A stretch of 64,000 nucleotides of DNA, taken from assembly GCA_051362555.1 (NCBI GenBank), contig CM120648.1:13264587-13328586 (forward strand), in the 5' to 3' direction. The DNA is from Lingula anatina. Its lineage: Eukaryota > Animalia > Brachiopoda. Shown here in pieces: positions 11,153 through 21,250 of the stretch. The notes beneath the pieces were generated by a model. It was given only the letters and a program-made list of their open reading frames with translations, was not told where the DNA came from and did no database searches. The number at the start of each line of letters is the position of its first letter. Position 1 is the stretch's first letter. Made by a program: the position numbers and the translations under genes.

Positions 11153-13122
11153 TCATTTTGGTTCAGGTGAAACAAACCTGCTAAGTGTGGGCAATGGTGG
11201 TCTTTTACTAGATTTGTTAAACGTTTTAAGTGAGGGTCCCTTGGAGGACTTTACTTTCGCAGTGAGTGGTCTTGGAAGGGGCTGGACAAAGGTCATATGA
11301 CCCCCGAGTCCGTTGTAACCAGTTCGAAACACAGAGGACTGACTACCAGCTTTGTTCTTGTTAAAGATGGAGTACTGACCAAAATCTGGCATGTTGCTAA
11401 TGTCCTCTAAGTCACATTTCAGTTTTTTAGCAGGATTATTTGTGGAGTTTGTAGCAGCAGAAGTAATTTTAACATATTGTAAGTTATTCTCATTGCACTC
11501 TCGTTTGGCAACAGTATTTGGACTGGGTTTGACGGGTACAGGCGACTGAAACAGGTCAGGGGTCACATCAAGGTCAATGGCCTCAGTGTCGCCCCCTACA
11601 GGTGTGGATAGTTGTGGCGCTGGGCTCTCGTGTAAGAGTCTGTGCGCAAAACTTGCTGCAGTGCTATTTGGGGAGCCGATTGCTTTTTCCAATTTCTCAA
11701 TTTTCTTTCTGAGACTCATCCTCTCTTTCTCCGCGTGTTTCAGATCCTCCTCTGACATCCTCAACATTTCTTTGGCAGATAACAACTCCTCCGTTCTGTC
11801 CTGCAAAAGTTTCTTTTTGGACGCTAATTCTTTTTTGTGCTTATCTATGTCAGTGCGCAACTGATTCCTCTCCTGTTTGATAGTGGTCTGCTCCTGCTTG
11901 AGGAGGGTAACGTAAGTACACAGCTGCTTGACCGCCCCCTCTCCACTGCCCCAGTGGTTGACCAACTCCTGGACATCTTCTTGTTGACCTGAAACAATAA
12001 ATATGATGTAGAAATTATGTACCTGTAATAATATGGACACTGCTAAAGTTATCCTTAATTGAGTAACTCAATTGTTATCAAATTAAAACTTGCAATTGGC
12101 TATCACTTACACAATTTATTCAAGAGCAAATTTCTCTGACTATCAGTTTTCATCCTAATATTTTTATTTTCTATTTTAAAATTTTCAAATTAGCTAAGGA
12201 AAAGATTATGTTTGGATTTTCTAATAACAGTATATCAGTAAAAACTGTATCCATTTAACAGGCCAGGTAGAAAATATCAATGCCAGTACCTTTTATAACC
12301 AACTCTACACTCTGTAAATCCTGAAGTTTCTTCCGCAGTCTCTTGGTCTCTTCTTTACAATTCTGAGCCTCTTTCTGCTGATCTTGATAGTAACTCAACT
12401 CACTCCTCAGGGACTGGTTGGTTTGCTGCTCTCGTTTATACATATCATGAGTCTTACGCTTGTTCTTTTCCATCTCAGCAAGCTGTTTTTGTAAAGCTTT
12501 AAGCTCTTCAAAGAGTTCATTTTTCTCACGTTCTTTTTGTTTCACGACCAGGCGTACTGTATCCAGCTCATTTTTTACTTTTCCTACATCGCAGTTGTCT
12601 CCCTCATCCTCGGCAAGGTCAAAGAAGAGTTTATGGATGACACTGCGCCTGTTGACATTGAGCCGGCACTGTGGACAAGTGTTGGACTGCTCCATCCATC
12701 TCATGAGGCAGCTGGAGAGATAACAAGTATCTGGCCATTAAAGATGCATAGGGACTCAATTTTTCGTACAAAAGTCAACCAGATGTAATTTCATCATTTC
12801 AAACAGTATAACATAGAGAAATGCCAAAAAGACATCATTTCATGTTACTAGTAAGTTTACAACCAAAAATTTTAAGAAGATGCAGTTAAAAAACTCTTTT
12901 ATGGGTGATAGAGTGATTAATACGGTTTATCCCTTGGCATGTTGACTTTATTTGACTGGTATAAGATGGTAATTCTTTTATTGTAAATTGAGATTAACAG
13001 AAACGGACATGGGATATGTTGCTAAATACTCACTGATCATGGAAGGTGTGTCCGCAAGGCACGGCCGAGACATCAGCCTCGCGGTCAAACTGCTCAGCAC
13101 AGATGCTGCACACAAAATGCAT
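11153..13122 (-). CDS. TRAIP: E3 ubiquitin-protein ligase TRAIP (RING + coiled coil); coding exons 13122-13034, 12711-12290, 11988-11153; 448 aa
   Basis: Spliced N-terminus MHFVCSICAEQFDREADVSAVPCGHTFHDHCLMRWMEQSNTCPQC is a RING-H2, followed by long coiled coils. C-terminal RTGYNGLGGHMTFVQP matches the TRAIP RTGFDGLGG motif, and there is a PIP-like tail. GT-AG junctions keep frame (1347 nt). Confidence 0.92.
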
Positions 13123-13437
13123 GGCTGTTTTCTTCACAGCCCTAAAATTTTTAAAACATGAGAACACACTGAACGTAAATTTAAAAACAAATCAGTAAAA
13201 TAGGTGTTTTAAACAATCATACTAAAACGCGTCATTTAAAATGTGATTTTCCAATCTATCCATTAAAGCAATTCGCAGGGGCATCCATAGAGAAAAAATA
13301 CATTGTAAGGTTTGCATTAATTTAAGTTTAGAGTTGTAAATTGAAATGGGCAGCCCCACTATTTTATGTGATCGAGTCATGTATATTGATTTTAGCGAAT
13401 TCACGGTTTATAGAAACGTTTAAGTCGTTTTTCTTAC

Positions 13438-13600
13438 CTTTAAAAATAAAGTGGAAGAAGCTGTAAGACAGCAATCCTTGCTATTTCATGATTTTAATTA
13501 AATCATTAAGTCTAACTCAAACACCTGTACAGGATACGAAATCCGCGCCATACATTTGCGCCTGCGTGAATCTAATCCAAACTTCCGGTTTGTAAACCTT
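13438..13600 (-). promoter_or_regulatory. TRAIP non-coding exon 1 and promoter
   Basis: Minus-strand donor AAG|gtaag at 13438; E2F-like CCGCGCCA at 13543-13550, NRF1-like GCGCCTGCG at about 13558, ETS ACTTCCGG at 13581-13588. Confidence 0.6.
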
Positions 13601-13909
13601 GTTTGTGCCTTGCTCTTTACATACGGTGTCACATTCTGAGTTTGTTTGATAATTATAGATCAATCTAAATTCGTTTTGTCAACATGTTTAAAGCATTTGG
13701 AGTGATTAAATGGCTTGAGGTACCTTTTTGAAAGGGGAATGGGTCGTGTTTTTTATGCTTTTCTTTTTAAACCCAAAAGCAAATAAACTGTTAATAGTAA
13801 ACTACCCCAGTAGCCCCGGCCCCCTCACACACACATAAATATTCTTCACTCTTAAATTTTAATCAATTAATCAGTAACAGAACCCTGTTAGTGATCTTCT
13901 TTGTCCTTT

Positions 13910-13940
<31 letters not shown>

Positions 13941-14495
13941 TCACTTTTTTTAGTTTTGTCGTCATACTAGTATCTCATAATTTCTGACATTGTAATTTTA
14001 ATCAGGGAACAGATTCAGCAGATTGTTTATTACTTGTGTAACTGAAAGGAAAACTATGTAGGCCTACCATACAGACCAAAGTCATTCTCAAGTTTAATAA
14101 TAGATTAATTTGGATGATAAAATCAAAATCTGAGAAAGATTCAGGAGGCTTTATAATTTTGGCAAAGAATCTAAGTCGGTTCGAACCAGAAAACTCGTTT
14201 GTTTTTTATTTACTGTAGAAGGGCGAAGCCTGCGAGGTTGCTATCGGTATAAGCCCCTATATATAGGCCTAATGGAAAATAACACAAATGAAATAGTCCT
14301 GTACATTAATATAATTCATCCCAAGTGGTTTTCATTTTTGCCAATTAAGATCATTTCATATTATAGTAATGAATATACATAAAACATATGAGAAGAAAAT
14401 TTTGAATTCTTTTCTATTATTCCGGTCCTTTGGCATCCTGAGCTGGTTAAAAAAAACTTTCAATGTCATATAGACCTACTGTCATATAGACCTAC

Positions 14496-14750
14496 TGGGG
14501 GGTCCGGAACGACAGAGATCGGATGCGAAGCCGACCACCGCTCCCTTGGTGTGGGGTTCGGGGCCCGCTCAAGGGCCCCGAAATTTTTGTGGTGTTTTGG
14601 AGAGCAAACAGTCGCCTTAAGTACGTTTTAGAACTACAGTTTAGCTAGTCAAAATTCTAAGAAGGGAATATTGGTGTGATATATCTTTCAGAAACCGAAG
14701 GGGGGGGGGGGTCAGGACCCCCCTGATACCCCCTCTAAATCCGCCAATGA
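14496..14750. mobile_element. Degenerate hAT-like non-autonomous element (related to 19261-19345)
   Basis: Right end CCCCCTCTAAATCCGCCAATG and internal GGATGCGAAGCCGAC are reverse complements of motifs in the 19261 element. Confidence 0.6.
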
Positions 14751-15107
14751 CTTACTTAAGAATTGTGACAATTTAGAGTCAACACGAGGTTATTTATTAC
14801 ATGACACAAGCTTTGAGGAAACATGACGAGAGTCTTTAATTTAAAGTAAGTCTAGCTTTACTTGTGGGAATTGAACTGAGTAAGTTTTGACAACGTAACG
14901 CGACTGATTAACAGAAATATCATCATCGAGTCCCATAATTTGCCCCCTGTTCGTTCTGTGTTGATATAGTGAATTGCAGTATTACGTTGATATATGTTAA
15001 GTTCGCAACGTGCAATGCCTTTGCCCCAGTTATCAACATGTGCCCTCTTTAAATCTGTGCAAACAATGATTTGTCGTTTTATGCTAGGTCTCTTCCTTTC
15101 TACCCGG

Positions 15108-15115
15108 TATATAAA
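15108..15115 (+). promoter_or_regulatory. TATA box, probable deiodinase promoter
   Basis: TATATAAAGGG followed by candidate non-coding exons (e.g. 15512-15625, cag|...AGG|gtaagt) and an acceptor at 17019 just before the CDS. Confidence 0.5.
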
Positions 15116-17043
15116 GGGCCTACATGTAGTCTGCACAGGTAACGCTGTTTTACGTGAAGTTTGAGAACACATGGGCGAGGCTGGCTGAATGTGAGGTGAG
15201 GGTTACTCTCTCTCTATCTATCTATCTATCTATCTATCTCTCTCTCTCTCTTGGTTCTTTAGACTTCACTAGACAGAGTGTTATGAGGAAATGCAGACTA
15301 CAAACAAAGAGATTACGCAAGAGTAACAGAATATGCTGGTGAATTTTTGAGTATACGAGTAAAGCTACAGGGTACGCGTACATGATGCATTTAAATTTCT
15401 AAATTTCGGATAAAACACTGCGCACTTGTTGCATGATGTGAATGCCTGTGTTAGTGCATAAGTATACGTATAACTAGGTGTACATGATTCATTTCATTTA
15501 CAATATTTCAGGTCAAATATTCTAACGGCATGACTGGCACATGTTTATTTGCACAGCGCCACAACTTGAAATAGACGCTTGGGCCTGTGGGTTTCTTTTT
15601 GTGCGGTAATATTATAGCTTACAGGGTAAGTTTCTTGCACAAAGAACATGTAATCATAGCTGGTTCTCCGGGCGTGTATGTTTTGCAATAACTGTAGCAT
15701 GCTGTCCACGATTTACAGTGTTTCAAGAAATAATTTTGGTGTAGAGTTGACATGTTAAGCGATCATTTAATTAAAAAAATCATTATGAAAAACCGGGCCC
15801 TATTTATAAACATGAAAATCCACATATATACATGAAGGTTATTGTACATGTCGGCGCTTCTTTTTAAAAGACTTCATTGTTAGGCATACTGTGGAATACA
15901 CTCCTCTTGTCTATTTATCTATAGCTACAGAATTGCAGGTGAATACATGGGCAATGGGCATACGGATTCGTTAATATGTCCAAGATGAATGCGATAAATC
16001 TTTTAAAAATCAACGGGAGGGGGATTTGGTGCCGCGCTTAAATTTACGATGTATAGACAATGTAAAACTCATCAACTCACAACTCAAATTAGCTCCATCA
16101 TATCTACTGGAGCTCAATTTTACTTTGTTACGTGTATTAGCTGAACTCAGTTCGAACAATGCCGAACTTGAATCTCTGTATAACTCGAACTAATTCCCCA
16201 CATCTAAAGTGCCCTAGCTATGGGGACTGTACATGTGCATGCTTTTAACTCACATCAACCGAGGACCCAGCTTCAAACAAAGGGACACTAAGCTCTGGTA
16301 GATGTACGCCTGTAGTACCTATATTGTATCTGAGAACCTCGTCAGGTGAAAAACTGGGACACGAGACAGCAAATCGAATCGGTATGTCAAATCGATGTTT
16401 ATTTATACATGTAGGCAGGACTAGTGTCAGACATCGATAATAGCTGTCTGTTTGACCTCTGAAATAAGGTCGAGCCTTTGCTACTGGCACATTACAAGGG
16501 TTTTACAGCTTCATGATACCGTTAAAACATTAGCTGCCTTGGTTATAGAGAAAAACCCCAAAACCGAAAACAGAATTATTCCCCAAAATGGCGTACAGCG
16601 TCACCCGTTGGACACTGCACTTAATCTCTGTATTTAAATGGTCTTTTGGGAAGTATGCTTTATTTTTGACACAACATATATGTACAGGGCATTGTTTCTA
16701 TGATTTTATCCGTTTTGCTTCATCTGGCCTTAAATCAGCTATTTTTCTTTGAATCCAAGTTAGATAACATATGTATACCTGAAATTGTTTTTTCCTTTCT
16801 TTTCTATTTGTAATGTATTGCGCGTCAGAAGTATGGTTTGTGAAAAAGATACAGAATTTTGAAATTTGCTGACTTAAATTTGGTGAATACGAAATATGCT
16901 GAATATGCTGCTCAGTACTACAATATATATATATTTTAACTTTAGCGTGATTTTGGTAGGCCTACCAGTTCTTAAGGCGTGGTCATTATAATTCTAGTTC
17001 TTATCATTTTTGTTTTCAGCGCTTCGGGCTTTTCCCATTCAAA

Positions 17044-17784
17044 ATGCCTTCACTTCCAAAAAAGATGGTGAAATTCTTCGTGATCAGCATTGAAGCAGCG
17101 TTCACACTGATTATAGGCCTTTTTATTCCGAATTTTGTCAAACGTTTCATAGTGCGACGCAGATTTAGGAATGAGAAAAACCCCAAAATGGTCGAAGTTT
17201 TTACAGATATCGATGGCTTAGCGTCCTCCTTGTTCACGTGGACACAAGTCTCTCAACGCTGGCAGAGGCAGATGCAGTTTCTTTTCTCAACGGCAGACAA
17301 GGGTAATTACGCGCCTAATGTCCCACTTTTCCGCCTGAAAGACAGATCGAAATGTCGTCTGCTTGATTTTGCCAAACCAGGGCGCCCTCTGGTGATCAAC
17401 TTTGGAAGCTGTACCTGACCCCCGTTCATAGCAAAATTGGACGCCTTCAAGGAGTTGGTGACCAAATTTGCCGATATCGCTGACTTTATCACTATCTACA
17501 TCCAGGAGGCTCACCCATTTGAAGGATGGTATGTCGCCTCAAAATATAACTTGCACCATCATAAAACTTTGGAAGATCGTTTTCAAGCGGCGGCCATGTT
17601 GGAGGGAGAAGATCTGCCCTGCCCATTACTTGTTGATACTATGGAGGAAGCCGCGCAGATAGCTTACGCCGCTCTGCCTGAGAGGTTGTACATCATTAAA
17701 GATGGGCGGGTTGCATACGAAGGGGGGTTTGGACCTGAAAACTACAAGTTGGAGGAAGTTGAGGCATGGTTGCAATCACATTAG
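17044..17784 (+). CDS. DIO: Iodothyronine deiodinase selenoprotein (246 aa; TGA 17416-17418 read as selenocysteine)
   Basis: Two ORF-track pieces lie in one frame, joined by TGA, giving RPLVINFGSCT-U-PPF...YIQEAHPFEGW...YAALPERLYII...GRVAYEGGFGP. N-terminal hydrophobic anchor; single coding exon; SECIS downstream. Confidence 0.96.
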
Positions 17785-18040
17785 GCGATGCCTGTTATAT
17801 ACGTTGTATGCAGTGTATGTCTATTCAAGTAAACACAGAAGTTAACTGATAGATTTCAGTGACAAAAATTTAAAAGAACGATAAAATCCCGCACCGAAAG
17901 TTAGCACAGTACTGACATATTCCAGTACCATTATATCCCCTAGTGCCACTAGATCCCTGTATCAAAAGATACTGTACCGGGCGGTGTTACCAGTGTTACC
18001 CAAATTCTAAAATACACCGGTGCCAAGGTACCCCTCCCGT

Positions 18041-18198
18041 GGGGGCCGTAGCGATAGTCCGAAGGTTCAATAGTCCGAAGGTTCATTGGTCCGAATGTTC
18101 ACTATAGAACCTTCGGACCAATGAACCCTTGATTAAAAAATCGATGAAAATGTTGCCACTTTTCGGACCAATGAACCTTCCGACTATCGAGACGCCCC
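18041..18198. mobile_element. MITE in the deiodinase 3' UTR (repeated GTCCGAAGGTTCA subunits)
   Basis: Internal inverted subrepeats; inverted second copy at 19238-19458. Confidence 0.8.
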
Positions 18199-18649
18199 CA
18201 TCCCGTGGTATCTTTTCCCACGTCATTGGCACCATGTTCCATATGATGAAGCATTTTCAACTCCTAATCCCCTCCCCACCACCTCAACACACACGAACTG
18301 TGATATATCGGCCAGGGATATATCGGTAGGGGAATCTATAGCTATTTACAATAACCATCCATTATTTGCTTGGAATTATTTTAAGTGGCAAACCAAACAA
18401 TGAGTGAAAGAAAAAATAGAAGATAGTTTTAGTTAGCAGTACTTCTTGATGCATGAAAGTTAATATGCAGGCCAAATGCATTACCTTGGTCGCATGAAGA
18501 AATAGCTCAAAAAGACACATGGGGTCACTAATTAAAAATTATAGCAAATACAGAACAGTGTATAACATTACCATAACGTGTTTTGGGTATTATACAAACG
18601 TTATGGTAGCGTTATAATAACGTTCTGTGTTTGTTTGGGCGGTATTAAC

Positions 18650-18651
<2 letters not shown>

Positions 18652-18694
<43 letters not shown>
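18652..18694. repeat. (TTA)n microsatellite
   Basis: Direct reading. Confidence 0.95.
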
Positions 18695-18695
<1 letters not shown>

Positions 18696-18971
18696 TTGAA
18701 ATGAGTTACAATTTATGCACAATATACTCTAAACAATGCATTTATAAAGAGCATTTAGATCACCTTAAAATTGAGGGTGTGTACCGAGCATTTACATCAG
18801 CAGCGTGTTCCAAGGAATGTTTTCCAAAATTAAGGCAATAACTCGCTTAATTCAATGTTATCAAATTTTTAATAGGTATACTGCTTGAAAGTATTATTTT
18901 AAGAGTAACAAATACCGAAAATTAATCGTATAAATGAGAAAAAACTTGATATTAGTGAGTATTTGCCATAT

Positions 18972-19048
18972 TGTGTTGATTCCTCCATGATGGTGATGTT
19001 TTAATAGCCGTCGGCAGAAATATCACTTGATCTATCGGCATCAGCGCA
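18972..19048 (+). promoter_or_regulatory. SECIS element (form 2) of the deiodinase mRNA
   Basis: Helix I TGTGTTGAT/ATCAGCGCA; core ATGA(18987-18990)...TGAT(19028-19031); 11-bp helix II GGTGATGTTTT/GAAATATCACT; unpaired AA then apical mini-stem GCCG/CGGC. Confidence 0.9.
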
Positions 19049-19111
19049 ATCATTGGGATGCATTCTCTTTGCTGTATAAAAGTTTGGTTTTCTGTCAAAT
19101 TATACACCATG

Positions 19112-19117
19112 AATAAA
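19112..19117 (+). terminator. Polyadenylation signal AATAAA (deiodinase)
   Basis: AATAAA about 65 nt after the SECIS, with GT-rich sequence downstream. Confidence 0.6.
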
Positions 19118-19237
19118 AATTAACTATCAAATTAAAGAAATACTATGCAGAAGACCATCACTGGTTGTTTTCGGTATTAAAAGGTAAGAAAAAAAGAAAT
19201 GTGTTGGTTTTTATTTCCAGTACAGCATTTCTAGTTA

Positions 19238-19458
19238 GGAGGCGTCTCGATAGTCCGAAGCAGTGGCCGATTTAGAAGGGGGGTCAGGGGGGAGTCGGCT
19301 TCGCATCCGCAGACCCCCCTTCAAACAATCCTGGATCCGCCCCTGATCCGAAGGTTCATTGGTCCGGAAAATGGTAACATTTTCATCGTTTTTTTAATCA
19401 AGGGTTCATTGATCCGAAGGTTCTAATAGTGAACATTCGGACTATTGCTACGCCCCCC
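19238..19458. mobile_element. Inverted copy of the 18041 MITE with a nested hAT-like insert at 19261-19345
   Basis: Insert CAGTGGCCGATTT...GGATCCGCCCCTG is flanked by a near-8-bp duplication GTCCGAAG / ATCCGAAG. Confidence 0.8.
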
Positions 19459-19752
19459 ACAAGAAATACCAAGGGTTATCATTCTAGATTTAAGTAAAAA
19501 GACGATATTTGAACAGACATTTTTCTGCTATCTTTTTATGCTATATATTTTAATAACCCTCGTTTTCGCCAACTTTGTTACGCTATAAAGCCTGTGCAGC
19601 AGTAATGCATTATACATTTCTATGTCATTTTGCGCACTTTTACAAACTGGACGGACGGATAATTTGGTTAAATATACGACCACAAATTCGAAGAAAGTGC
19701 AGTTTTAAAGGTTTTTTTTTGGGGGGGGGGGAAGGGGGGGAATGATTTATTT

Positions 19753-19868
19753 GGCACATGTGCAAGCGTCTCGATCCCATGGCCCCGCATCTCGAAATAG
19801 AATCGGTTATGGAATCGAGACACTTGCGCACGTGTGCAACATAGCGAACCTTTCGAGATACGGAGCCC
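19753..19868. mobile_element. Truncated copy of the palindromic element at 21103-21250
   Basis: Shares CATGGCCCCGYATCTCGAAATAGAATCGGTTATGGAATCGAGACAC...GATACGGAGCCC. Confidence 0.8.
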
Positions 19869-20449
19869 TATACACTATAACAACTCTTGTCGTTTCAAGT
19901 TACAAGGTTTGTTTCAAGTTACCTCTGATACACAGGGTGGCGGTTTACTGTCCGTCACAACAGCACGCTGGATCCTCCCCGCTTCCCGGGAACTGAACAA
20001 TTAAGACGGTCCACAAAATTTTGGGGAGAGACATATGAAGAAGGGAGATGCCATAATTTCGGCAAAATCTTGCAGGGTGAAACTGGAAAAGTGGACCAGT
20101 TTCTCGTCCCTCTTAAAGTTTAGAATATACTCTGCTTTTAAGTGGGAGTTTTTATGCACTCGGAATATTTTGCTGGCAATTTTAAAAGTTTCTTGTCTGT
20201 CTCCCCCTCTCCCTAAAAAATTCGACCCTAAAAATCAATAATCGTATGGTAATTTTATACAGGCAATTGACTTACTTTGTAACAACGCAGTTATCGTCGC
20301 TATTTTAACAGATTTATAAGTCTGGAGTGTAAACGTGATACACGTTTATGATAACTGAAGGTAATATATTAAACGGTCAGCGCATGTCTATCAAATGTTT
20401 CCCAGTAAGTGAGCATAAACGGAGATTACTTTTGAAAATAATAATATAA

Positions 20450-20680
20450 CACTGGACAATAGAAGTGTCACCCCTACTGAACCAATACTTTGGAGGAGAT
20501 AAATAACTGTGGAATAATATGCTCCTGGTATCATTTTATTAACATCATATTTCACAAAAGAAACGATTCTGGCTGAACAATTCCACTCTATCGATATTCT
20601 GACATTGCTTATATTCCGCCTCTTCAGGTTAATAACTTTGATTACTCTGATTCAGGGGGTGACACTTCTATTGTCCGGTG
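20450..20680. mobile_element. Tc1/mariner-like MITE
   Basis: 25-bp TIR CACTGGACAATAGAAGTGTCACCCC / GGGGTGACACTTCTATTGTCCGGTG; the superfamily is a guess from the CAC/CAG-type ends. Confidence 0.8.
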
Positions 20681-21102
20681 TGTGTATGTGTTTACAAGAA
20701 CCAAAATATCTTTTAATAAAATTTGTTTTGTTTTAATTAAGAATAAATTAAGAACGGTAGAAAGCAGTTTTTTAATGCAAAAAAAAATTAATAATAAAGT
20801 TCCGTTTTAAAAGAAACTAGCAAATTCAGTTTTAAACTGGTAATTAATTAGCAAACCATTGAGTTTGTTTCAACAATGGTCTCTAGCTCTGTTGCGCGCA
20901 AAGAATTGGTCCACTTTGCCCCGAGTCAACGGGTCCAACTAGCCCCGGGTGCATATTTTTCATTTGAAAGGATGGCAGCCTTTTATGGTGCTAGAATGAG
21001 CAACGATGATACATCTCTGTGAAACTTGAAACTTTTTTTTTACCTCGTAGCTATTTTTTCATAAATTGAGGGGCCAACTTACACTGGGGTCCAACTAGCC
21101 CC

Positions 21103-21250
21103 GGGCTCCGTATCTCGAAAGGTTCGCTATGTTGCGCACGTGCGCAAGTGTCTCGATTCCATGGCCCCGTATCTCGAAATAGAATCGGTTATGGAATCGA
21201 GACACTAACGCACGTGCGCAACATAGCGAACCATTCGAGATACGGAGCCC
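21103..21250. mobile_element. Near-perfect palindromic MITE nested in another MITE (about 20905-21262)
   Basis: About 60-bp arms GGGCTCCGTATCTCGAAAGGTTCGCTATGTTGCGCACGTGCG.../...CGCACGTGCGCAACATAGCGAACCATTCGAGATACGGAGCCC. It interrupts CCAACTAGCCCC|GGTCTCCCCT, whose intact reverse complement appears at about 23414. Confidence 0.85.

Noticed and set aside
11989-12289. ORF-track start MSILLQ and end TGIDIFYLAC for the TRAIP pieces
   Set aside because: These extensions lie in the intron defined by GT at 12289 and AG at 11989.
17416-17418. Premature stop suggesting a deiodinase pseudogene or two separate genes
   Set aside because: The TGA is exactly at the catalytic Sec position and a SECIS is present downstream.
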